Translations under genes and position numbers: made by a program
Shown here: positions 16,253-23,879 of the stretch, one piece after another
Layout: every line of letters starts with the position of its first letter
How positions within the stretch are numbered: the stretch's first letter is position 1
DNA from: an uncultured Alphaproteobacteria bacterium
GTDB lineage: Bacteria; Pseudomonadota; Alphaproteobacteria; CAAGCB01; CAG-977
Length of the DNA stretch: 37,642 nucleotides
Direction of reading: 5' to 3'
Assembly: GCA_944392845.1 (NCBI GenBank)
Contig: CALXYE010000030.1
Location: forward strand, 1-37,642
Notes under the pieces: model-generated
Seen by the model: only the letters and a program-made list of their open reading frames with translations
Told to the model about the DNA's origin: nothing
The model's database searches: none

Positions 16253-17044
16253 TTAAATGCTATCTCCGACGGCGGGGCGGTTTTCCATACGCTTAAAGTA
16301 TGTAAACATATAAACAAGGCTGATGATAAAATATATCGCGTACGAAAACGTAACGCCGAACACCCCCGTGATTATGCTTAGTACGGCCGAAGGAAGCAAA
16401 GATAGAGCCGCAATTCGCGTTCTTTGCTCCAGGGTCGGGGATTTTTTCATCACCGCCGAAAAAGCATATGAGATAAACACGAAGAACAGTAACGCGTTCA
16501 TCAATCCCCAAAAGGAAAAAACAAAAAAGGCCAGGCAAAAGATCGGCAAGAAGACCTTCAATACCGCTCCTTTTACGGTATTGAAGCCGTTTTCAAAAAA
16601 AGATTCATTCAAAACGGTCGTTCCCGACGGCAGGAATTCTTTGAAAGCAAGCGAATGTATCCGTTTCCCGCCCTTAAAAAAGACATCCTTTTTCGCGACA
16701 AAGATCCCGGTATCGGGCAATCCCGAAAAATCCGCCGTTTCCGAAGACGTGTTCACGACGAAAAAGAAATCCTTGCTTTTTCCCATAACGTCCTTCGTAA
16801 CAATGACGTCGCCCCGCACCTCGCCGTCCGTGACCGTCAATTCGGGCAGCCCCGTGAACAGGGGACGCAACGCGTTAAAGGAAAACGAAGAAACCAGAAT
16901 ATACAACAATAACGTTATCAAAGCCGTCGAGATAAAAGATACCAAAGCCAGCGGAGCGATCCCCAGCTTTTTCCCCTTCATAACGAATTCCGAAAACAGC
17001 GATGCGTCGTAAAACGATTTATATAACAGCTTGAACGAGCCCAT
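16253..17044 (-). CDS. DUF1189 (YvdJ-like) family membrane protein, copy 1
   Basis: 263 aa. MGSFKLLYKSFYDASLFSEFVMKGKKLG and the same architecture as copy 2. Its stop abuts the next start (TAAATG). Confidence 0.6.
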   Translation of the reverse strand: MGSFKLLYKSFYDASLFSEFVMKGKKLGIAPLALVSFISTALITLLLYILVSSFSFNALRPLFTGLPELTVTDGEVRGDVIVTKDVMGKSKDFFFVVNTSSETADFSGLPDTGIFVAKKDVFFKGGKRIHSLAFKEFLPSGTTVLNESFFENGFNTVKGAVLKVFLPIFCLAFFVFSFWGLMNALLFFVFISYAFSAVMKKSPTLEQRTRIAALSLLPSAVLSIITGVFGVTFSYAIYFIISLVYMFTYFKRMENRPAVGDSI

Positions 17045-17074
17045 ATCTTTCCCCTTTGCGAACTTTGATCAAAT

Positions 17075-17105
17075 ATTATAAGGAACAAACCTGCATACCT
17101 GTCAA
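17075..17105 (-). promoter_or_regulatory. Sigma70-like promoter for the DUF1189 pair
   Basis: The minus strand reads TTGACA (17100-17105), 19-nt spacer, TATAAT (17075-17080), then a GGGGAA RBS before ATG 17044. Confidence 0.5.
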
Positions 17106-17437
17106 GAAAAACGCTGTTCTTCCGCTTCTTTCACGGAGCTACCGTCAAATATGCGCGGAGGGCGGAATACTGCCGCAAGGCTCTTAACCCTCTGCTTTTT
17201 TTACCTTTTACGGGAAAACGTACCGCCCTGCCCGCAAACGCCGAAGACGCCGCCACCGCCGAAAAGAAGGAAGGCATAAGTCTGCTCATTGCTTTTCAAC
17301 GTTCCGCAAAAGTCCGCCATAAAAGATAAAAAAATCGGCGAAAAAATTCGAACCGTTCGAAACTTCCGTAAACCGATCCGGCTTAGCGTTCCTAAAAAAG
17401 AGCGGCTTTAAGTATATGGCGCCGACGCATAAAACCG

Positions 17438-17466
17438 TTGACCTTGCCCCGCATTCGTTCTATATA
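17438..17466 (+). promoter_or_regulatory. Sigma70-like promoter for tRNA-Glu
   Basis: TTGACC (17438-17443), 17-nt spacer, TATATA (17461-17466), about 20 nt upstream of the tRNA 5' end. Confidence 0.6.
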
Positions 17467-17485
17467 GAATTTTAAGGACTGTTTT

Positions 17486-17560
17486 GACCCTATCGTCTAA
17501 CGGTTAGGACATCGCCCTCTCAAGGCGGTAACACGGGTTCAAATCCCGTTAGGGTCGCCA
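17486..17560 (+). tRNA. tRNA-Glu (anticodon CTC)
   Basis: 75-nt cloverleaf folded by hand: acceptor GACCCTA/TAGGGTC; D stem GTCT/GGAC; anticodon stem TCGCC/GGCGG with loop CTCTCAA; T arm ACGGG-TTCAAAT-CCCGT; encoded CCA. Confidence 0.9.
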
Positions 17561-17565
17561 AAATC

Positions 17566-17598
17566 AACGGCAGATATAAAAGCTGCCGTTTTTCTTTT
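17566..17598 (+). terminator. Rho-independent terminator after tRNA-Glu
   Basis: AACGGCAG / CTGCCGTT 8-bp stem with a 9-nt loop, followed by TTTCTTTT. Confidence 0.75.
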
Positions 17599-17975
17599 AT
17601 AAATCAAACACTTAGCCAAGTTCAAACGTTCATTTTTTGAAAATTGCATTTTGGGAAGTTTTTCCGAACTAGTTTGATGATAATACTTTATTTTTCAATA
17701 TGTTGAGCAAGTTTGAATCTCGCTCAAGTCTCGGGATTGACTTTTAGTTATGAATCGGATTTGAAACTTGCGATGATGAAAGTTTTTGACACCAACGACA
17801 AATTATTTTTTTTACAATCTTATTTTCATTTTAAATTAGGTTAGTTGTTTGAATTTATGTAAATATCTTGTAATAAGCCTATCCCATTAAGCTATAAACG
17901 ACCCGTGGATTCAGTGATTGCTTTTTCATCATAAAACATAATCCCAATCTGAAACCGATCAAACCGGGTTGAATT

Positions 17976-18914
17976 TTATTTTATAACGAGTTCCTTTATA
18001 TCTATTTTTTGTTTTTCATCGAACAAAGCATAACCGGACGGTGTAAAGGCAGCAGGTTTGATTTTGTTTTCTTTCATCCAATAACGAATAGAGGAAACCG
18101 GAACATTACACAGCTTTGCAAACTTGGAAATTGTCAGTAATGATTTATCTGGTTCTCGCTTATTAACATCTAATAAATCAATCATCATTTTAAGCGAACG
18201 GTTCATCGCCGAAAGCATAAATTTATAATAAGGTTCGCTGTTTTCCTTTGTCTGGTATGTTTCTAAGGCGCTTAAATATCTTCTTCTGTCAATCGTACGG
18301 ATAATAATCGGCATATAACCGTTTTCAAGTAATATACTATTAAGCAACAATCTTGCCGTTCTGCCATTGCCGTCAACAAAAGGATGTATGGTTACCAATT
18401 GATAATGAGCTTCAATCGCTTTTATGAGCATATCATTTTCTTTTTTTACCAGCCAATCGGAGAAATCTTTCATTAAGTCAGGAACTTTCAACGGATTAGG
18501 TAAAATGGTTTGAGAGCCGAATATTCTGACACGGACGGAACGATAAAATCCGGCATTAGTATCATCTATCCCGGATAAAATAATTTTATGAATCTGTAAA
18601 ATATAGTTTTCATCAATTTTAATGTTATTTTGTGCAGAGGTTCTTATAAACTCAAAGGCCTTGGCATGGTTAATTGCTTCCAGATAATCATTGATTGGTT
18701 TTGCGCCGGAAGTTATTTTTTCTTCAATAGCCATCTCTGTTTCTTTTCTGGTTAAAGTATTTCCCTCAATGGCGTTGGAAGTATAGGCTAATTCGGTTTT
18801 CAGCCATTTATCCAAAACCTTTTGATTGTCTTTATTTTTCAGAAGATTTTGTAAGATAGTCTTGTTTTCTTCAATTTTTAATCTGGTTTCCTGCATGGCA
18901 GCCCCATACTTCAT
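17976..18914 (-). CDS. Fic family protein (class II, N-terminal inhibitory helix) fused to a C-terminal MerR-like HTH
   Basis: 312 aa. The Fic active-site motif is HPFVDGNGRTAR. The inhibitory motif S-x3-E-G lies in YTSNAIEGNTL. The C-terminal LTISKFAKLCNVPVSSIRYWMKENKIKPAAFTPSGYALF resembles a MerR-type HTH. The gene sits in a visibly AT-rich segment. Confidence 0.85.
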   Translation of the reverse strand: MKYGAAMQETRLKIEENKTILQNLLKNKDNQKVLDKWLKTELAYTSNAIEGNTLTRKETEMAIEEKITSGAKPINDYLEAINHAKAFEFIRTSAQNNIKIDENYILQIHKIILSGIDDTNAGFYRSVRVRIFGSQTILPNPLKVPDLMKDFSDWLVKKENDMLIKAIEAHYQLVTIHPFVDGNGRTARLLLNSILLENGYMPIIIRTIDRRRYLSALETYQTKENSEPYYKFMLSAMNRSLKMMIDLLDVNKREPDKSLLTISKFAKLCNVPVSSIRYWMKENKIKPAAFTPSGYALFDEKQKIDIKELVIK

Positions 18915-18977
18915 AGTTTGAATATGTTTAAACCATAAACCTTAAAATATAGAATGTCAACATAATACTTCATAGTT

Positions 18978-19094
18978 TTAAAATAACCAAAGAATGAAGT
19001 GCGTTCTAAGTCTTTCAATCCGTCCCATATAATCAAAAACGGTAGAAGGTTTATAATTTTGTTCCAGCAGCCAGTTTTCAAAATTCTTTAACAT
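18978..19094 (-). CDS. Small ORF (38 aa) resembling the N-terminal core-binding (SAM-like) segment of a tyrosine recombinase; possibly a remnant
   Basis: MLKNFENWLLEQNYKPSTVFDYMGRIERLRTHFILWLF. The sequence AAAGGAGATTTTAAG precedes the ATG at 19094. The ORF is below the size cutoff of the supplied track, so I translated it by hand. Confidence 0.3.
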   Translation of the reverse strand: MLKNFENWLLEQNYKPSTVFDYMGRIERLRTHFILWLF

Positions 19095-19335
19095 CTTAAA
19101 ATCTCCTTTATCAAAAAATTAGGCAATAAATACCGGCTCGGAAACCGTGAGTTAAGCATCGCCGAAACCGACGGCGGATTCTTCCGACGTGCCGCTTCGC
19201 CGCGACAAACGAGTAACCGCTCCGTTCTGCAAGACCGCGAGATGATTAAAAAGGAAAAATCGGCGAACTTCCTGAATATTCCGACAAAAAAGTCCGTTGT
19301 TGCCCGTTTAACGTCTTGACGTTTTCTTTATAAAA

Positions 19336-19923
19336 TCAAGCGTTCGTTCTCATCTTTTTTTTACACAGGCATCCTTCCAGATGATCGTTAACGAATCCCG
19401 TCGCCTGTAAAAATGCGTAACAAATCGTCGAACCGAAAAATTTGAATCCCCGCTTTTTCATATCCTTGCTTATCGCGTCGGATTCCGCAGACACGGCGGG
19501 AATTTGATCCAGAGTCTCAAAACGGTTGACGATCGGGCGTCCGTCGGGAAAAAAGGAGAGGATATAGCGGTAAAAACTGCCGAATTCTTTTTGTACCTCT
19601 ATAAAATGTTTCGCATTATCAACGGTACTCTTGATTTTCAAACGATTTTTTACAATCCCGTCAAAATGCATCAGACGTTCTGCGTCCTGCGGCGTCATAC
19701 GCGCCACTTTTTTTACGTCAAATTGAAGGAAAGCCTCACGATACCCTTCCCGTTTCCTCAAAACGGTGATCCAAGACAGTCCTGCCTGAGCGCTTTCAAG
19801 AACCATAAATTCAAACAAAATTTTATCATCGGTTACGAGCCTTCCCCATTCTTCATCGTGGTATTTAACGTATAAGGCATCCGTTCCCGCCCAGCCGCAA
19901 CGCGAATTTATCAAATCCCGCAT
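19336..19923 (-). CDS. tag: DNA-3-methyladenine glycosylase I
   Basis: 195 aa. CGWAGTDALYVKYHDEEWG and FEFMVLESAQAGLSWITVLRKREGYREAF are typical Tag motifs. Confidence 0.85.
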   Translation of the reverse strand: MRDLINSRCGWAGTDALYVKYHDEEWGRLVTDDKILFEFMVLESAQAGLSWITVLRKREGYREAFLQFDVKKVARMTPQDAERLMHFDGIVKNRLKIKSTVDNAKHFIEVQKEFGSFYRYILSFFPDGRPIVNRFETLDQIPAVSAESDAISKDMKKRGFKFFGSTICYAFLQATGFVNDHLEGCLCKKKMRTNA

Positions 19924-20245
19924 TTCGTTTTCCCTCAGTGCGCGCCGTTTTTTTCAAGTTATCTCCGCGCTTGTAAAAAAACGGTTAACCCCCGCGCAAA
20001 AGGCCGTTTCTTTGTCAGACAAAAAAATATGTATATCCGAAAACGGCGAGATTTTATAAAATATCCGATGTATAAACACCGTCGGACGAATCGAATGAAA
20101 AGATACGGCCTAAAGCCCCTAAATGAGAAGCTTCCCGATACGGCAACCGCATTTTCGCAAGCCGCCCCGAAAAAACCGTTTTTCATAAAAGAAACGCGCC
20201 GTCCGAAGGAAACGTATTGTTCTTTATCCGTTTAAGGAGTTTAAA

Positions 20246-20785
20246 ATGATCTGCGAAACGAAAACGGCCTCTCCCGTCGGCGATATCACTTTGGCTTCGG
20301 ACGGGGAGAATATTATCGGCTTATGGATTGAGGGCCAAAAATATTTTTGCGACACCGTAAGCGAAGAAATGCGCCGCGATGACGGTTTGTCGGTTTTCCG
20401 CAGGGCAAAAGATTGGCTGGACAGGTATTTTCAGGGCGACCGTCCGAGTCCGTCCGAGCTTCCTTTGGCTCCGTCGGGCGGAGAATTCCGACAGGCCGTA
20501 TGGCGGATTTTATGCGATATTCCGTACGGCCGCGTCATAACCTACGGCGATATCGCACGCGAGATTTCCCGTAAGCGCGGGGGCACCCGAATGTCAGCTC
20601 AGGCCGTCGGCGGAGCAGTCGGACACAATCCCGTTTCGATCATCATTCCCTGCCACCGCGTTGTCGGTTCGAACGGCAGTTTAACGGGATACGCCGGCGG
20701 ATTGGACATAAAAATCAAATTGCTGGAACTGGAAGGCGTCGATATGTCCCGCTTATTCCGTCCGAAAAAGGGAACAGCCTTATGA
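20246..20785 (+). CDS. ogt: Methylated-DNA--protein-cysteine methyltransferase
   Basis: 179 aa. The active-site IIPCHRVV and the upstream TYGDIAR helix motif are present. Confidence 0.85.
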   Translation: MICETKTASPVGDITLASDGENIIGLWIEGQKYFCDTVSEEMRRDDGLSVFRRAKDWLDRYFQGDRPSPSELPLAPSGGEFRQAVWRILCDIPYGRVITYGDIAREISRKRGGTRMSAQAVGGAVGHNPVSIIIPCHRVVGSNGSLTGYAGGLDIKIKLLELEGVDMSRLFRPKKGTAL

Positions 20786-20856
20786 TTCATAAAAAAGTGT
20801 TGCCGCAGCCCTCAAAAAGAAGCAAAACATTCACAAAAAACGGAAACGGACATATC

Positions 20857-21396
20857 ATGTTAAAAACTGTCGTACTTTTATTTTGCATAACCTTCGGAGC
20901 ACCTGCTATGGCGGAAGAAAACGCGTTCACCTTGGAAAGCCTGTCCTTTAAAAACGGGGCCCCTCTTGCCGTACGTCACGCGTACAATGCAGGGCGATGT
21001 CGGGGACTTGGCGAAAACGCGTCGCCGGAGCTGCACTGGAAAGGCGCCCCGTCGGAAACGAAAAGTTTTGCCGTCATATCCCATGATCCCGATGCTCCCG
21101 TTGAAAACGGATGGTATCATTGGATATTGACGGATATCCCTGCCGACGTCAGCGCTCTGGCAGAAGGAATAACGCCCTACGGAGGAATGAAGGAAATCCG
21201 AAACAGTTTCGGCATTTATTCTTACGGAGGCCCGTGCCCGCCGTCGGGGACGCACCGTTATTACTTTACCGTTTATGCCATAGGCGTTGACTCTTTGGGA
21301 CTTAACGAGGATACCCCGCCCGTCGATGCCGAAAGGATTATCCGCGCAAACGCCTTGGCAAGCGCAAGCATCGTCGGAATGTTTTCGGCAAGGTGA
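20857..21396 (+). CDS. YbhB/YbcL (PEBP, Raf-kinase-inhibitor-like) family periplasmic protein
   Basis: Internal ATG at 20857 gives the signal peptide MLKTVVLLFCITFGAPAMA. Family motifs are DPDAP..WYHW and GPCPPSGTHRYYFTVYA. The longer track ORF (20782) overlaps ogt. Confidence 0.8.
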   Translation: MLKTVVLLFCITFGAPAMAEENAFTLESLSFKNGAPLAVRHAYNAGRCRGLGENASPELHWKGAPSETKSFAVISHDPDAPVENGWYHWILTDIPADVSALAEGITPYGGMKEIRNSFGIYSYGGPCPPSGTHRYYFTVYAIGVDSLGLNEDTPPVDAERIIRANALASASIVGMFSAR

Positions 21397-21417
21397 TACG
21401 GAAACCTCTTTTTTTAA

Positions 21418-22104
21418 ATGACAAAAAACGAAGATCTTTTCAGCGGCCGTTCCTTTGATCCCGAAAAGCTGAAAGCGTTCGGCTTTACGGAACGGGAGGA
21501 TTTTTTTACATACTCCCGCCCTCTTGGCGTCATCGGTTTTGAAGCAAGAATCCGCATTTCAAAAAAAACGGGGAAAGTCTTCGCCGACGTTTTTGATACG
21601 GAAACGGAAGAGATTTATGTTTTGGCGAAAGTCCCCGAAGCGACGGGCGCTTTTGTCGGAAAGATTCGCGACGATTTCGAACGCCTTCTGCAGGATGCGT
21701 CGCGGGAATGTTCCGTGCCCGAAACCTTTCGGAGCGATACCGTCCGCCGTTTGATTCGCCATATCGGGAACGAATACGGCGATGAACCCGAATTCTTATG
21801 GGAGCGTTTTCCCCGAAATGCCGTTTTCAGAAGGAAAGACAATAAAAAATGGTATGCGGTTCTTTTAACGGCAAACGGAAGTAAGATCGGACTTCCGAGC
21901 GACGAAGACGTTGAAATCGTCAATCTGAAGCTTCCGCCCGAAAAAATAGCGGGCCTGATTGACGGGAAACGCTTCTTTGCGGGATACCATATGAACAAAA
22001 CGCATTGGATCACAATCCTCGCAGACGGCTCCGTTCCCTTTGAAACGGTGTGTTCCCTGTCGAGCGAATCCCGTTCGGCCGCCGCGAAGAAAACAACGCG
22101 CTGA
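21418..22104 (+). CDS. MmcQ/YjbR-like DNA-binding family protein (two-domain form)
   Basis: 228 aa. The C-terminal half (PEFLWERFPRNAVFRRKDNKKWYAVLL...GYHMNKTHWITI) matches the remembered YjbR pattern. Confidence 0.6.
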   Translation: MTKNEDLFSGRSFDPEKLKAFGFTEREDFFTYSRPLGVIGFEARIRISKKTGKVFADVFDTETEEIYVLAKVPEATGAFVGKIRDDFERLLQDASRECSVPETFRSDTVRRLIRHIGNEYGDEPEFLWERFPRNAVFRRKDNKKWYAVLLTANGSKIGLPSDEDVEIVNLKLPPEKIAGLIDGKRFFAGYHMNKTHWITILADGSVPFETVCSLSSESRSAAAKKTTR

Positions 22105-22106
22105 AA

Positions 22107-22126
22107 AAGCCCCCTTTCGGGGGCTT
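22107..22126. terminator. Hairpin shared by the convergent YjbR-like and cupin genes
   Basis: AAGCCCCC-tttc-GGGGGCTT, a perfect 8-bp stem between the two stops. Confidence 0.6.
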
Positions 22127-22131
22127 CGGAT

Positions 22132-22512
22132 TTACTTATCAAACATATGCAGTTTACCCGAACGCGAAACGGCCATGCCGCTTTCGGTACCTGCGAAATG
22201 AACGATGTCGGGGCGGTTCGCCGTACCGCAATCCAAATATCTCGGTTTCGGACGCGTTTCTGATCACATGAGATCCTTTTTCATTGGCGGGAAAGCAAAT
22301 CGCATCGCCCTGTTTCAAAAAGATTTCCCCGTCTAAAGTCTTAACGGCGGCCTCGCCGCTGATAATATAAAATATCTCTTCGTTAGCCTCATGCCAATGA
22401 TAGCCGTAGGCCGTATTTCCCGGTTCGACCTCAACGAAGTCGGCATAGCATTTATCAACCTCCGCCGCGGATATGACGGGCTTGACGTAAAAAACGTTTC
22501 CGTCTTGTTCAT
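22132..22512 (-). pseudogene. Cupin-domain gene interrupted by two compensating frameshifts
   Basis: By hand translation, ATG at 22512 gives MNKTETFF, and the reading then continues in another frame as YVKPVISAAEVDKCYADFVEVEPGNTAYGYHWHEANEEIFYIISGEAAVKTLDGEIFLKQGDAICFPANEKGSHVIRNASETE. This stretch holds both cupin motifs: G-x5-HxH-x3-E-x6-G and G-x5-P-x6-H-x3-N. Reading then returns to the ATG frame as RYLDCGTANRPDIVHFAGTESGMAVSRSGKLHMFDK-stop. The first shift coincides with a 6-nt homopolymer and the second with the short tract AAATAT. Confidence 0.6.
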
Positions 22513-22673
22513 GTCTGACGGCTTGGACGTAATGAACGACGAAAAAAGTAAAGCAGATATTGTTTTGTTATATAGTAACTTTTCGTAACCGTTAAGGAGA
22601 ACCGCCGTGCCGCCGAGTAAAAATTTTCCAGAATGTCCCGTTTCCTGATAAAGGCGGCCGGATCGGACGAAAT

Positions 22674-23228
22674 TTAATACAAAAATACGCCCGCGACCGC
22701 GCCGAAGGCCATAACGGCGACGGGATTGACCTTTAGCGGGCGCAACAGAACCATCGAAACGGCGGCAATCCCCAAAGCCTTATAATCAAAAACGGCCTCC
22801 CCTTCGTTTTCCCCGCCCGTCAGGGATAAAAGAAGGATTCCCGCGCCCGCCGAAGCGATCAACCCCAAGGCAACGGATTTGAGCGCTTTTAAAACGGCTT
22901 GAACCGTTGCGGATTCTCTGTGCGCGCAAAAAAAGCGGTAACATGACAGCGAAACGACGATTCCGAAAATAACGCAGCCGAAGGTCGCGACAACGGCGCC
23001 GGGAAGCCCCGCCACTTTTAACCCCGTAAAGCTTGACGCATTGACGGCCAACGGTCCCGGCGTCATTTGCGAAATTGCCAAAACGTCGGTATATTCTTTT
23101 AGCGTCAGCCACTGTTTCGCGTCAACAATCTTGTTTTGAATCAAAGCGACGACGGAATAGCCGCCGCCGATGCTAAACATCCCGACCTGTAAAAAATTCA
23201 GCCACAAATCAAACAGAAGATCCGACAT
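22674..23228 (-). CDS. chrA: Chromate transporter family protein (C-terminal-type half)
   Basis: 184 aa, hydrophobic throughout. FSIGGGYSVVALIQ and ISQMTPGPLAVNAS are typical of the ChrA half-size family. Its start overlaps the upstream half by 20 nt. Confidence 0.75.
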   Translation of the reverse strand: MSDLLFDLWLNFLQVGMFSIGGGYSVVALIQNKIVDAKQWLTLKEYTDVLAISQMTPGPLAVNASSFTGLKVAGLPGAVVATFGCVIFGIVVSLSCYRFFCAHRESATVQAVLKALKSVALGLIASAGAGILLLSLTGGENEGEAVFDYKALGIAAVSMVLLRPLKVNPVAVMAFGAVAGVFLY

Positions 23229-23790
23229 TTTCCGCCCTCCGAATACGGGACGCCGCGATATAAAGGCCGAGCGTCATAAAAATCAGCAAAAAAGCATCGG
23301 CGTCAAAAACAAACGAAACGACGAACAAAACGGCGCCCGCGACAATACATCCGCTTTGTTTTTCCCGAATCAGATTTTCGCCCATGTCCCAAACGACGTC
23401 GGCCATAATCGCTCCCATACATGCCGTCATTCCCTTTAACGCCGCGTTCAATTCGGGATTCGCGATCAATTCCTTATATCCCGCCGCGACGACCGACAAA
23501 ATGATCAGCGGCGGCAGAACGGCCGAAACGCAACCGACAACCGCCCCCGCAATCCCTGCCGTCGCGTATCCCGCCAATCCCGCCAGATTGATGGCGATCG
23601 CTCCGGGAACGGATTGCGCGACCGCCGTCATCTCGGTCAGCTCTTCCCTGCCGAAAACTTTCCCCTTATCGATAAAATAATCCCGAAACAGCGGAATGAT
23701 CATATATCCGCCGCCCACGGCCAGACAGCTGATGCAAAAATTCACCCTGAACAGCCAAAACAGGCGCTTTAATAAAGATTCTCCGCGCAT
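23209..23790 (-). CDS. chrA: Chromate transporter family protein (N-terminal-type half)
   Basis: ATG at 23790 lies 6 nt after GGAGG (MRGESLLKRLF...). The track's TTG start at 23826 falls inside the TATAAT promoter element. Family motifs are GGGYMIIPL and AQSVPGAIAINLA. Confidence 0.75.
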   Translation of the reverse strand: MRGESLLKRLFWLFRVNFCISCLAVGGGYMIIPLFRDYFIDKGKVFGREELTEMTAVAQSVPGAIAINLAGLAGYATAGIAGAVVGCVSAVLPPLIILSVVAAGYKELIANPELNAALKGMTACMGAIMADVVWDMGENLIREKQSGCIVAGAVLFVVSFVFDADAFLLIFMTLGLYIAASRIRRAENVGSSV

Positions 23791-23879
23791 TTTCATCCTC
23801 CGTTTTCGATTATAGCGAATTGACAATATATAAATAAAATCATATTGTTTTATAGTTTTAATAAGAAAATCTTATATAC

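Noticed and set aside
17150-17290. A short ATG ORF (about 41 aa, MRGGRNTAARLLTLCFFYLL...) between the DUF1189 promoter and tRNA-Glu.
   Set aside because: It has no RBS, an implausible Pro/Lys tail and no conservation cue. The region is more likely simple intergenic DNA or decayed sequence.
17964-17974. A possible attR-like partial copy of the tRNA-Glu T-arm (CCGGGTTGAAT vs CGGGTTCAAAT).
   Set aside because: The match is imperfect and lies inside the AT-rich islet rather than at its far boundary, which is insufficient to call an att site.
23791-23879. The dyad ATAAAA-N8-TTTTAT in the chrA/LysR intergenic region, considered as a LysR-type operator.
   Set aside because: It is plausible, but the region is generally AT-rich and the dyad is short. 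I could not distinguish it from chance, so I did not list it as a feature.
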